Origin: Candidatus Omnitrophota bacterium
GTDB lineage: Bacteria > Omnitrophota > Gorgyraeia > Duberdicusellales > 4484-171
NCBI GenBank assembly: GCA_003154195.1
Contig: PMCS01000031.1
Location: 18,054-82,053 of the forward strand
Reading direction: 5' to 3'
Length of the DNA stretch: 64,000 bases
Position 1 is the first letter of the stretch; each line of letters begins with the position of its first letter. The position numbers were made by a program, and so were the translations under genes. The notes beneath the pieces were generated by a model. It saw only the letters and a program-made list of their open reading frames with translations, had not been told where the DNA came from and did not search any database. Shown here one piece after another: positions 6,311 through 15,501 of this stretch.

Positions 6311-7753
6311 TTAAAGAAGAAAAATTCTCTTATTATCCAAATAAAATCCTTCTTTATTAAAAGCATCTTTGAGGGTGCGGGAAATATCTTTTACGATTAT
6401 CTTATAAAAGTTCTTGCCGACGGCCAGGTAACCGGCCGCGTCGGGCGACGATGCCGCCGTCGGTACCGGCGGCGCCGGCATTTTGCGGTTGAACGCGGCG
6501 GCTAAAATATTTTTAATCTCGATAAAATCCTCCGCTTTAGCGAGGGGAATTTTTTTCGCCGGCATTGGGTAATCGGCGATCCCGGGCGCCGGGCTGCCTT
6601 TAAAAAAATTTTCAAATATTTCCAGGTCATCCGGGAATTTTTTTTCCGGAAACGGCCAGAAATATAAATAGTTGCCCAGTAAAGGCAGAAAATCTTTCCG
6701 GTCCGTCATAAAACACCATACGGGAAGGGCCTTTTTCTTGCGAAAAACCGGAATATTATTGACGATAATACCCCGGCTGTCTTTATCCCGGGAGAACCTG
6801 GCTAAAGCGGAAGCGTAAAAAAAATCCTGCCCCGCCGGAGAAGGTATTTTTTTAATTCTTGTTTGCCGGCTTAAATAAGCGGCACCCTGGGATAAAAATC
6901 TGGGATGATAACCGACAAAAAAAGAAGTTTTGACGGGCGCGGGAAAAGATATTTTTTCCCACGCTTCGCCGGCAGGGCTGAGGAATTCTATTTCTTTTAC
7001 GCCCTTCGTCAAGCCGTTTAAAAAATCCAAAGCTAAGGGCGAAAGATAACCGAAACTTTTCGTATAATTTACCAGAACGGCCTTTGCCGAAAGCATCCGG
7101 GTGATGATTTCTTTCGCCCGCGTTAACGGTGCGCTAAAATTTCCCATCGGGCAATCGCCCCGCCAAAACGTCGTCATCGCGGCGTCGCAATAAGAAACCG
7201 CGCCGCCCTCAAAATAAAATTTTATCGTCCTTGTTTCTTTGCGGGTTTCTTTAAATCCCGCTAAATCTAATTGGAGGTTTGCCGCCGGCAGGGTTTTTAA
7301 AAATTCGTTTATTTTGCCCAGGGACAGATGGCCAAGCCCGGCTGCCCGTAAGAATCCCCGGGCCGCGATATTTTCTTTCAGGCCCAGAGCGGGAACCCGG
7401 AAAACCAGTAAACCGGTGATCTTGCGCAGGAGGTCTTCCTCGAACTGAGGGAAAAACGGCTTGAGGGAAGAAACTGCGTAATCAATAAGGCCGAACTTTG
7501 AATCGAAGCCGCGCAGGAGGAGGGGAAAACAATCATAGTTTTCCCCTTTTTTATAAAGGGTAATCGATTTTTTGCGCCCCTTCCTTTCTTTTACGCCGCG
7601 AGAAGAAAAAATATTCTGGATTGAACTTTTGGAGAGCTTGATCTTGTGTTTTTCGTCTAAAAACCGGGACAACGCCCTTACCCCCAGATAAGGGTTTTTC
7701 TTTCTTGCGCTGATGATTAAACTACGCACCCGCGGATTTATCTTGGCCCGCAC
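6311..7753 (-). CDS. Hypothetical 480-aa protein with N-terminal helix-turn-helix-like segment
   Basis: The N-terminus NPYLGVRALSRFLDEKHKIKLSKSSIQNIF looks HTH-like and the rest is unrecognised. It sits between the tad ATPase and the pilin array. Domain fold and function are not assignable from sequence alone. Confidence 0.3.
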   Translation of the reverse strand: MRAKINPRVRSLIISARKKNPYLGVRALSRFLDEKHKIKLSKSSIQNIFSSRGVKERKGRKKSITLYKKGENYDCFPLLLRGFDSKFGLIDYAVSSLKPFFPQFEEDLLRKITGLLVFRVPALGLKENIAARGFLRAAGLGHLSLGKINEFLKTLPAANLQLDLAGFKETRKETRTIKFYFEGGAVSYCDAAMTTFWRGDCPMGNFSAPLTRAKEIITRMLSAKAVLVNYTKSFGYLSPLALDFLNGLTKGVKEIEFLSPAGEAWEKISFPAPVKTSFFVGYHPRFLSQGAAYLSRQTRIKKIPSPAGQDFFYASALARFSRDKDSRGIIVNNIPVFRKKKALPVWCFMTDRKDFLPLLGNYLYFWPFPEKKFPDDLEIFENFFKGSPAPGIADYPMPAKKIPLAKAEDFIEIKNILAAAFNRKMPAPPVPTAASSPDAAGYLAVGKNFYKIIVKDISRTLKDAFNKEGFYLDNKRIFLL

Positions 7754-7808
7754 AGTTCCTCCCGCTTAACCCAAATAATCATTGTATTTATTGAATTTAT
7801 TCGTGTTA

Positions 7809-7869
7809 TTTGTGCAATTCGTTGTTAAAAATATTTTAACAACGCATATCGCAATTTACAGAAATTTTT
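7809..7869. promoter_or_regulatory. Motif family F (near-palindromic GTTGTTAAAA-N-TTTTAACAAC) upstream of 6311..7753
   Basis: atttGTGCAATTCGTTGTTAAAAATATTTTAACAACGCATATCGCAATTTACAgaaatttt. Confidence 0.45.
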
Positions 7870-7968
7870 ACACTATATTATACCAAAAACTTGCGCGAGT
7901 GGTTGAAATATTAACAGTGGTGTTTTCCGGGGATAGGGAGGCCTGATTTTTCCGGTCCGCCGGAAAAA

Positions 7969-10137
7969 TTAGACCTTGAAGATGTCTTCCGAAAGCAGGA
8001 TGCCCTGCATTTTCATGTCCGGGAAAAAGCTGGGGATATAACCGGTGGGCTTAAACTCGCCGATGATGCTGCCGTCTTTATCCACGCCGGATTGGACAAA
8101 AGAAAAAATGTCTTTTAAGCCGACGTGCATCTCGTCCACCATGCCGGTGATCTCGGTAATCGCCAAAACCCTTCTTGTGCCGTCGCTTAAGCGCGCCGTA
8201 TGGACGATAAGGTCGAGCGCCGAAGCAATCATCTCGCGGATGGCGCGGATCGGCAATTCCACGCCGCTCATTAAAATCATGGAGTCAAGCCTGATTAACA
8301 CGTCGTGGGTGGAGTTGGCGTGCAGCGTAGACATACTGCCGTCATGGCCGGTATTCATCGCCTGCAACATATCCAGCGCCTCGATGCTGCGGCATTCGCC
8401 GACGATAATCCGGTCGGGCCTCATACGCAGGGTATTGCGAAAAAGCTCCCTGATCGTAACGGCGCCTTTGCCCTCGATATTCGGCGGCTTGGATTCCAGG
8501 CGTATCCAATGATCCTGGTCGAGTTTCAATTCCGCCGAATCCTCGATCGTGATGATACGTTCGCGGTCGGGAATGAACAAAGAAAGAATATTAAGAAAAG
8601 TCGTTTTACCGCTTCCCGTTCCCCCGGAAACCATAATGTTTTTTCTCCCCACCACGCAGGCTTTTAAAAAATCGGCCATGCTGTTACTCAGCGACTTAAG
8701 GCCGACCAGTTCTTTGATGGAAAAACGTTCTTTGCGAAACTTTCGGATGGTAAGCGAAGGCCCGGTTAAAGCCAGAGGCGGGATAATCGCGTTAACGCGG
8801 GAACCGTCCGGCAAGCGCGCGTCCACATAAGGCGACGACTCGTCGATCCTCCTGCCTAACGGCGCCAGAATCCGCTCGATGACGATCTTTACCTGTTCGT
8901 CGGTGGTAAAATGCTTATCGGTAAGAGTAATTTTTCCGGCACGCTCGATATACACCTGGTCTTTATTATTGACCATGACTTCGGTAATGGTCGCGTCCCT
9001 CAATAAATCTTCCAGCGGCCCCAGGCCCAGAGCTTCGTCGATGATTTCTTTGATGATTTGTCTTCGCATTTCCAACGAGGCGGCGATGCCGTCGATTTCC
9101 CTGGTCAGAATATTGCTTAAAATTTTTTCCGCCTGTTCTTTCAGCTTATGCATTTGCTCCACGTCGGTAGTAAGCGTATCGAGCGGCAGCCGCTTGAGGT
9201 TCATTTCCTCGATCAGCTTAAGATGCGCCCGTTTTTTAAGTTTTATCACGTTATCGGTTTCTTTATCGATTTTAACCTTCTCATTCTTCTGCTCGGACAT
9301 GCCCAGATCAGTCCAGAAATCTACCTTGGGTTTTTGCGCCATCTCATCGCCCCTGACAACCATCTCGGCCAGGCTCTTTTGAAACACAAAAATATCTTCC
9401 CGGGTGGCTAAAAGAACAGCCAAGGCGTCGATTGCGGAAGTAATTTTGCTGTCGGGGGTATCGATGATAATAGGGATCCCCATATTCAAGGCGAGGCCGG
9501 CGGCTTTTCCGTCGGAAGGGACCTGGGAAATAATATCGATCGGCAAAAGCGCTTTTATTTCCGAAGAACTTACGCCGCCTTTACTCTCAAAACGGTTTAA
9601 AATACCTTTTACCATGGAAAGAGGAAAAGTCATTATTTCCAAAGCTTCGAGGGTTAATTCGGTCTGATACAGGGAAAGGACATCGGGGTTTATCACCAGC
9701 AAAATAAGGTTTGATTTATCAAAAATATTTACGGTAATATCGCTGATATTTTTTCCGCCGTCGATAATAATAAAATCGTATTCCAGGGCTTTAAAAAAAC
9801 CCAGGGCTTCGGCTACGTTGGCGGCGGTAAGCGAACCGGCCGAACGCAAGCTTAAAATCGACGGCAAAAAATCAAGAAAAGGATTTATCGCGATTAAAAA
9901 GTTTCCCTTTAACAGTTCCTTGTTGTCTTTAATCGCGCTCCAGTCATGGATTATATCTACCAGCGAAGCCTTGGGCTTAAGATTGCACATCTTGGACATA
10001 TCAAAAGGCGCGCCAAAATCCATCTCCAAAAGCAGGACTTTTTTATTTTTCCGGGAAAGGCTTATGGCCGTATTAAGCGCCAGCGTAGTTTTACCTACGC
10101 CGCCTTTTGTGCTGAAAAAAGTTATCGTCTTAGTCAT
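7969..10137 (-). CDS. Fused ParA/MinD-like (TadZ/CpaE-like) ATPase domain + CpaF/TadA secretion ATPase
   Basis: N-terminus MTKTITFFSTKGGVGKTTLALNTA has the deviant Walker A of ParA/MinD/CpaE. The C-terminal ~450 aa have the VirB11/CpaF signature (MVSGGTGSGKTTFLN, IEDSAELKL, ECRSIEALDMLQAMNTGHDGSMSTLHANS). Confidence 0.8.
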   Translation of the reverse strand: MTKTITFFSTKGGVGKTTLALNTAISLSRKNKKVLLLEMDFGAPFDMSKMCNLKPKASLVDIIHDWSAIKDNKELLKGNFLIAINPFLDFLPSILSLRSAGSLTAANVAEALGFFKALEYDFIIIDGGKNISDITVNIFDKSNLILLVINPDVLSLYQTELTLEALEIMTFPLSMVKGILNRFESKGGVSSSEIKALLPIDIISQVPSDGKAAGLALNMGIPIIIDTPDSKITSAIDALAVLLATREDIFVFQKSLAEMVVRGDEMAQKPKVDFWTDLGMSEQKNEKVKIDKETDNVIKLKKRAHLKLIEEMNLKRLPLDTLTTDVEQMHKLKEQAEKILSNILTREIDGIAASLEMRRQIIKEIIDEALGLGPLEDLLRDATITEVMVNNKDQVYIERAGKITLTDKHFTTDEQVKIVIERILAPLGRRIDESSPYVDARLPDGSRVNAIIPPLALTGPSLTIRKFRKERFSIKELVGLKSLSNSMADFLKACVVGRKNIMVSGGTGSGKTTFLNILSLFIPDRERIITIEDSAELKLDQDHWIRLESKPPNIEGKGAVTIRELFRNTLRMRPDRIIVGECRSIEALDMLQAMNTGHDGSMSTLHANSTHDVLIRLDSMILMSGVELPIRAIREMIASALDLIVHTARLSDGTRRVLAITEITGMVDEMHVGLKDIFSFVQSGVDKDGSIIGEFKPTGYIPSFFPDMKMQGILLSEDIFKV

Positions 10138-10227
10138 GGTGAATTTTTATGGAAGCTGCCGCCCCCTAAACCTTGGACAAATTATCTGGCAGGCAAAAAG
10201 GGGCGGGCGATACGAAAACCGGCTTTT

Positions 10228-11817
10228 TTATTTCCTTTCGCGGTAAACAATGGGAATATCGATTCTTAATTCTTTAAGTTCAACCTGCGCCGGGAAAGGA
10301 GGATAAACAAGCTTCTGCACCAGCCTGAGCGCGGCCTCGTCAAATACCTTATACCCCGATGTCTGCGCCACATAGGCGTCTTTTAATTGGCCGACATCGT
10401 CAAGGATGAGTTTGACCAAAACGTTTCCCTGCCAGCCGGTATTTACCAGTTCGAGGGGATAACTGATATTATCGGTAATCTTTTTTTGAATCGCTAAAGC
10501 GTAATCCTGAAGCTCAAAAGGAATGCTTCTCATTGTTTCCATAGCGTCGGACTCTTTCTCTTCTTTTTTAATTTCTTTAGCCGGGGCGGCTTGTTTTTCT
10601 CCGGCTTTTTCCATACCCGCCGAATAAACAATCCTGGGCGTTAGGGTGATATAGAACTCCGCGTCGTTGTTAAAGGGCATGCTTTTATGCCGGAAGAATG
10701 CGCCTAAAATAGGCGTATCCGACAGCCAGGGAAACTTGGCGATAGCTTCCTCTGTTTTCTTTCTGATTAAACCGCCGATGGCGATGGTTTCGCCGTCGGC
10801 CATATAAATTTGCGTGGAAACACTGCGGTTAAGCGTCGGGTAGGCCTTGGCCGTAGTCGAAGAGCCGCTGCTGATCGATTCCGCCGCCTCGAGGTCGGTA
10901 ACCGATATCTTCAACATCACGTTTATTTTGCCCTTTTTATCCACCACCGGGCTGATTGAAAGATTTATGCCGTAAGGTTTATATTCAACGGTCGTACCGG
11001 CGCCGCCGCCAATTGAAGTAATATTGGTATTAAAAATCGGTTTTTCTCCGCCTACCGTGATCTCCGCGGTTTTACCGCTTTGACAGGTCACCCGGGGCCG
11101 GGAAAGGATTCTCGCCTTACCTTCGGTTTCTAAAAGATCGAGCGAGTAACTAAAGCTGTCGCCGGAACGGCCATATTGTCCCAACTTATAAAATTCTGCG
11201 AAATGGCCCAGGGAATTCCTATCCGTGGGCAAAGTTTCACCGATACCGGTGTTGCTCGGGAAATTAAAACCGAGGCTGCGGGTAGCATCGTGGCTCAGCT
11301 CCAGCACTTCCACGGCGATCTCGATCAAAACATCTTCATCCGCCTCCACGATAAAATCCCCGATTTTAGCCTTATAAGCCGCTAAAATAGCCATTAATTT
11401 TTCTTTTTCCTGTTTCTTAAGTTCGCCGAAAAGAAAAACTTTATCCTCGCTGTCCATCGCCTTTACGGTAATCGCGTCCATGCCCAATTCCTTCAAAACT
11501 TTCTCGATTTTATTTTTAAGCGCGGTCATTTCTTCCGCGTAAACTTTTACGTCAAAATTATGTTCACCGAAAGCGTCCCACCATTGAAGCTTTGCCTCCC
11601 CCTTGGCTTTCGCGACCAGCACCAGTTCTTTCTCGCTGGCGGAAACTACGTCCAGGATTTCCGGTCTGCTTACCGAAATCCTTTGGGGATTGTTGACCGG
11701 TATCACCTGCGTATCGCCCACATAAAAAATAAGAGCGGAAAGATCGTAGCGATCTGCGGCAGGCAGCGATAAAGGCGACATCAAACAGGCAGTAAGAAAA
11801 ATAATTATCGTTTTCAT
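10228..11817 (-). CDS. Tad secretin (CpaC/RcpA-like) with C-terminal TonB_C-like domain
   Basis: Signal peptide, then the secretin core (GETIAIGGLIRKK...FPWLSDTPILGAFFRHKS...FYITLTPRIV). This is followed by ~110 aa matching the TonB C-terminal fold pattern (ISYPLELVNTGWQGNVLVKLILDDVGQL...SGYKVFDEAALRLVQKLVYPPFP). Confidence 0.75.
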   Translation of the reverse strand: MKTIIIFLTACLMSPLSLPAADRYDLSALIFYVGDTQVIPVNNPQRISVSRPEILDVVSASEKELVLVAKAKGEAKLQWWDAFGEHNFDVKVYAEEMTALKNKIEKVLKELGMDAITVKAMDSEDKVFLFGELKKQEKEKLMAILAAYKAKIGDFIVEADEDVLIEIAVEVLELSHDATRSLGFNFPSNTGIGETLPTDRNSLGHFAEFYKLGQYGRSGDSFSYSLDLLETEGKARILSRPRVTCQSGKTAEITVGGEKPIFNTNITSIGGGAGTTVEYKPYGINLSISPVVDKKGKINVMLKISVTDLEAAESISSGSSTTAKAYPTLNRSVSTQIYMADGETIAIGGLIRKKTEEAIAKFPWLSDTPILGAFFRHKSMPFNNDAEFYITLTPRIVYSAGMEKAGEKQAAPAKEIKKEEKESDAMETMRSIPFELQDYALAIQKKITDNISYPLELVNTGWQGNVLVKLILDDVGQLKDAYVAQTSGYKVFDEAALRLVQKLVYPPFPAQVELKELRIDIPIVYRERK

Positions 11818-12908
11818 CTTTTAATCGGCGTCCGGCTTGGCGCTTCTGCTACCGGCGGCAGCTTATCTTCAGGAGGCTGCGGCTGATCGGTAACATTCAT
11901 TGAATCGACGTGTGACCCTCTTTGAATTTGTATTTTCCGGGGTTCCTTTTTTTTCATCATGGGAGACACCAAGGATTGCTTTTTCCTGGTGTCTTTCGGT
12001 TCAAAAGGCATAATACTCTCCAAGTACTGCATCAGCGTATCCCAGTTAGCCGGCGGCATCGCTTGAACCTTGGCGTCGGTAGGCGAACGTAAGGCAATCT
12101 GGATTACGCCCTGGGTCATCACAAAAGCAAGAAGATTAGCCTCATTGGGCGCTAAAGCCAGAGTGACAAAAGACGGGGTACCTTGCGATGATTCCGAGGG
12201 GGATTTTTTTTGGACCTTGTTGACGAGTTCTCCGAAAACATTTTTCTTTTCTTTGGGTTTACCGAGATAATCGTCGCCTACCGCCAGGATTAAAACATTT
12301 TGAAACAAGGGAACGGTAAGGATGCGGCCATTCGGCTGCGGCGGCTGCTGCGGCGCTTGCTGTTTTGTGCCCTGCTTCTTTTCTTCATTCTTTTCTTCCT
12401 TCTCCTCCGGCGGCAAAGGAACCATCATCGTAGCAATGATATCGATATAATCTCCGGGTTTAACCATACCGGCTAGGCTCTGCATATTTTCCGCCTTAAT
12501 CGGCACCGCCCGCTTACCGGCAGGCGTGATCTTGGAAAGAGTAACTTCCATCGGCTCATCCGGCAGGATCGCCGGGCCGATTTTATTGGTAGTAATCGGC
12601 TCGTCTTTAGAAATATTCACCAAAGCGCGCTTCCCGGCAACCGCCTCAATGGCCAGAATCGCGTTGGGCGGAATAAATTGTTGGGGGAAAACACGCAGAT
12701 CCAGCGCGCGCGGAGAGATTTCGCCGCCCGAGGGGATTGCTTCTTTTGCTACGATGACCGGCACAAGCGTTTTATATTGTTCGGAAAAAGCCTGTTTCAA
12801 TTCAAGGGAAATTTTTTCCCGCTCCTTGCTCAAATAAGAATGGAGCAAGAAAACGGCAACGCCGCTTAATGCCAGGCCGATGACGATAAAGATAACTTTT
12901 CTCAGCAT
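11814..12908 (-). CDS. Flp pilus assembly protein CpaB/RcpC-like
   Basis: N-terminal TM anchor and a SAF-like domain. It has PGDYIDIIAT and TVPLFQNVLILAVGDD motifs typical of CpaB. It overlaps the secretin gene by 4 nt. Confidence 0.7.
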   Translation of the reverse strand: MLRKVIFIVIGLALSGVAVFLLHSYLSKEREKISLELKQAFSEQYKTLVPVIVAKEAIPSGGEISPRALDLRVFPQQFIPPNAILAIEAVAGKRALVNISKDEPITTNKIGPAILPDEPMEVTLSKITPAGKRAVPIKAENMQSLAGMVKPGDYIDIIATMMVPLPPEEKEEKNEEKKQGTKQQAPQQPPQPNGRILTVPLFQNVLILAVGDDYLGKPKEKKNVFGELVNKVQKKSPSESSQGTPSFVTLALAPNEANLLAFVMTQGVIQIALRSPTDAKVQAMPPANWDTLMQYLESIMPFEPKDTRKKQSLVSPMMKKKEPRKIQIQRGSHVDSMNVTDQPQPPEDKLPPVAEAPSRTPIKR

Positions 12909-13014
12909 AATAGTAGTTTACCCCCACCAGTCCCGCCGTTATTTGGCGGGACGGTGCGGGATTCCGCTCCGCACCGTATATCGGCTGAAGCCGCCGGCTT
13001 CAGCCGGCGGAGCT

Positions 13015-13956
13015 TCACTTTATTTCGCTCTCTTTTATTTCAACCTTGGCATTTTTCATAAGATTTTTTACCACCTCTTCCAGCCTCTTCTGCTGCTCCA
13101 TATAAACAAGGCCTTTTTTCAAATCATCCCAGATTTCGGAAAGAGATTTTTGCTTGCCGCCTTTTTTCGCTTCCAGCTTAAGGATATAATAGCCTTTCGG
13201 GCCCTTAAAATACTGGCTGGTCTGGCCGGGCTCAATAGCATCAGAAAAAGCGACCCGGTCAAACTCCTCGCTTTTCATATCGCCTCGCTTAATAAAGTCA
13301 AGGTCACCGCCTTTTGCCGCGGATTCCGATTTAGAAATACGCGTCGCCATACTCGCGAACTCTTCTTCTCCCAGCAAAAGCTTGGCCAGGGCGGCTTTCG
13401 CCTCCCCTTCGGTAGCCACCACGATTTCTCTGATCCGTCTTTCTTCCGGTTCTTTAAATTGATCTTTGTAGGTATTGTAATAATCCTCGATGGCGGAGTT
13501 GGAAACATTTACTTTATTCATCTCGTCTTTAACCAGCTGAAGCACAAGCAATTGCTGCTTGGTATCCTCCAGGCCCTTAAGCACATCGGAGCTTTTATCC
13601 AATCCTCTTTTTTCCGCCTCTTGATACAAAAGAACCCTCCGGGCTACCTCATTCTTCAAATAGGCTATTTTTTTCTCTTTGGTATCTATTTTTGATTCCG
13701 GCTTATCTTCGGGAACGAGGCCGTTATAACGATTGATCTCTTCGTCCAAACTTTCCTGCGTAACGGGATACCCGTCAACCGTAGCAATTACTGTGCCTTT
13801 TGCCGCCGGCACCGCCGCTTGAAGAGCCGAGGTTGATGCCGCCACCTGCTGAACCGGTTTAGGTTCTTCCTTTTTTTTGCCGAAATTGATTTTATCGCAT
13901 CCATAAAATTGGATTAAAAAAATACCCGCCGCCAAAAGCAAAATTTTATTTCTCAT
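13015..13956 (-). CDS. Parvulin-type peptidyl-prolyl isomerase (SurA/PrsA-like), secreted
   Basis: Signal peptide plus a PpiC domain pattern (RISKSESAAKGGDLDFIKRGDM...FDRVAFS...GQTSQYFKGPKGYYILKLEAKK). Confidence 0.6.
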   Translation of the reverse strand: MRNKILLLAAGIFLIQFYGCDKINFGKKKEEPKPVQQVAASTSALQAAVPAAKGTVIATVDGYPVTQESLDEEINRYNGLVPEDKPESKIDTKEKKIAYLKNEVARRVLLYQEAEKRGLDKSSDVLKGLEDTKQQLLVLQLVKDEMNKVNVSNSAIEDYYNTYKDQFKEPEERRIREIVVATEGEAKAALAKLLLGEEEFASMATRISKSESAAKGGDLDFIKRGDMKSEEFDRVAFSDAIEPGQTSQYFKGPKGYYILKLEAKKGGKQKSLSEIWDDLKKGLVYMEQQKRLEEVVKNLMKNAKVEIKESEIK

Positions 13957-14198
13957 GCATCCTCCTTAATATTAATATGTTTATTTGATTATTCGGCAAA
14001 CGTTTACCGAACGTTTACTATTTTAATTTTAAAGCAAATTGCCCAAAAGTCAATACCATTAACAAAAAATACCTGCCGGCTCGCCTTACTGCCCGTTCGC
14101 TCGCCTCTCGGCAAAGCCGGAGGAAGCCACGGTTCGCAGACAAATATTTGTTAAAATGCGTTTGGTAAAATGCGTTTTTTAGGGTAAAATATTTAAGT

Positions 14199-14813
14199 AT
14201 GGAAAAAATAACGCGAGTAGTCCTCGATACCAGCATTTTCGTGAGCCCCGAATCGCGCTATTGCTTTGGCGAAACTCCCTTCCTGGCTTTAAGCAATTTT
14301 CTTGATTTTTTGAAAGACAAAAAAAATGTCGCCTGCTTGATACCGCCTTCCGTCCATGAAGAATTAATGAAATTCATCGAAGAAAAAATACCGGTAGAAA
14401 AATCCATAAGGCTTGAGAAAAAACCGCCATCCTCTTACGAAACGCCCATCACGGCGCTTTTCCTCTATGAGTTCATCGAAGAAATGCGCAACCGCGTCAA
14501 TAAAGGTTTAAGGATTGCCGAAAAATATGCGCGGCGGGGACTGGCCGGAGGCAAAGAAGAAGAAATCGTAAAAGCCGTGCGCGAAGAATACCGCGTAGCC
14601 CTGCGGGAAGGTATTTTAGACAGCAAGGAAGATTTTGACTTGATTTTACTGGCCAAAGAATTGAACTGTTACCTGGCGACCAGTGATAACGGCCTGATCA
14701 AATGGGCGCATAAATTAGGCATCGCCTGCCTTTCGGCGCCGGAGTTGAAAGAACTGATCAGCCAGGCTGCGGGTATCAAATCACAAACCACGGACCAAAA
14801 ACCAGACGAATAA
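14199..14813 (+). CDS. PIN-domain protein
   Basis: VVLDTSIFVSPES at the N-terminus and LLAKELNCYLATSDNGLI at the C-terminus have the PIN acidic motif layout. It is the only convincing plus-strand gene in the window. Confidence 0.5.
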   Translation: MEKITRVVLDTSIFVSPESRYCFGETPFLALSNFLDFLKDKKNVACLIPPSVHEELMKFIEEKIPVEKSIRLEKKPPSSYETPITALFLYEFIEEMRNRVNKGLRIAEKYARRGLAGGKEEEIVKAVREEYRVALREGILDSKEDFDLILLAKELNCYLATSDNGLIKWAHKLGIACLSAPELKELISQAAGIKSQTTDQKPDE

Positions 14814-14843
14814 ATTCTCCTCGCGGCCGGCACGCCCAAAATT

Positions 14844-15257
14844 TTATTCTTTAATTTTCAGTATAATTTCAATATGGTCGGTATTAATAATGGTATTATG
14901 GACGGGGCAATTCTGGATAAACCTTAAAAAAACTTCGTTTTCCTCGCGGGAAAGCTTAGCGTCACAAAAAGTCTCTACCTTTATATTAACGAGCCGGGCC
15001 GGGCTGCTGGATGTAAATTCAGCTCCGGCTTTTATTTTAAGCTCTTTAAAATCTTTGGCGTGCGTCGTTAAATACCTTTTCGCGTAGACCCCGACGCAGG
15101 ACGCCAGCGAAGAAAGAAATAATTCCAAAGGGTCGGGGCCGGCGGGAACATAGTTTTCGCTTTTCTTGTCGGAATAAAAATTTACCCCGCTGGCTTGCGC
15201 CGCTATTGCGAATTTATCTTTTTCCCAAAAAGTAACCTCTACCGTCCGCGTTTCCAT
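14844..15257 (-). CDS. OsmC/Ohr-family peroxiredoxin-like protein
   Basis: PDPLELFLSSLASCVGVYAKRYL has the OsmC conserved Cys motif. Confidence 0.65.
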   Translation of the reverse strand: METRTVEVTFWEKDKFAIAAQASGVNFYSDKKSENYVPAGPDPLELFLSSLASCVGVYAKRYLTTHAKDFKELKIKAGAEFTSSSPARLVNIKVETFCDAKLSREENEVFLRFIQNCPVHNTIINTDHIEIILKIKE

Positions 15258-15327
15258 TTATTTCCTTTCACTTTAAAATGATAATTGATAAATGCTAAAT
15301 TTAAAATTATATCCCAATTCTTACTGA

Positions 15328-15478
15328 CACCCTAACCATTGCCTTAACCCAAACCGGCTTTCCGCCTTCGCCAAGGCTTCGGCAAGATTTCTCCGAAGCT
15401 CGAAGAGCGAAGGAGAACTTCGGCGAGACTTCTCCGAAGCTCGAAGAGCGAAGGAGAGCGTAACCCTGACCTTAACCC
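15328..15478. repeat. Repeat family A partial copy with the same inserted module duplicated
   Basis: accctaaccattgccttaacccaaaccggc..., then two tandem copies of cttctccgaagctcgaagagcgaaggaga, then ccctgaccttaaccc. Confidence 0.55.
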
Positions 15479-15501
15479 TGTAAAATACCGGCTTGATAGC
15501 C

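Noticed and set aside
6311-7753. Interpretation of the 480-aa HTH protein as an IS transposase
   Set aside because: No terminal inverted repeats or target-site duplications flank it, and no DDE triad could be placed. It is kept as a hypothetical regulator candidate instead.
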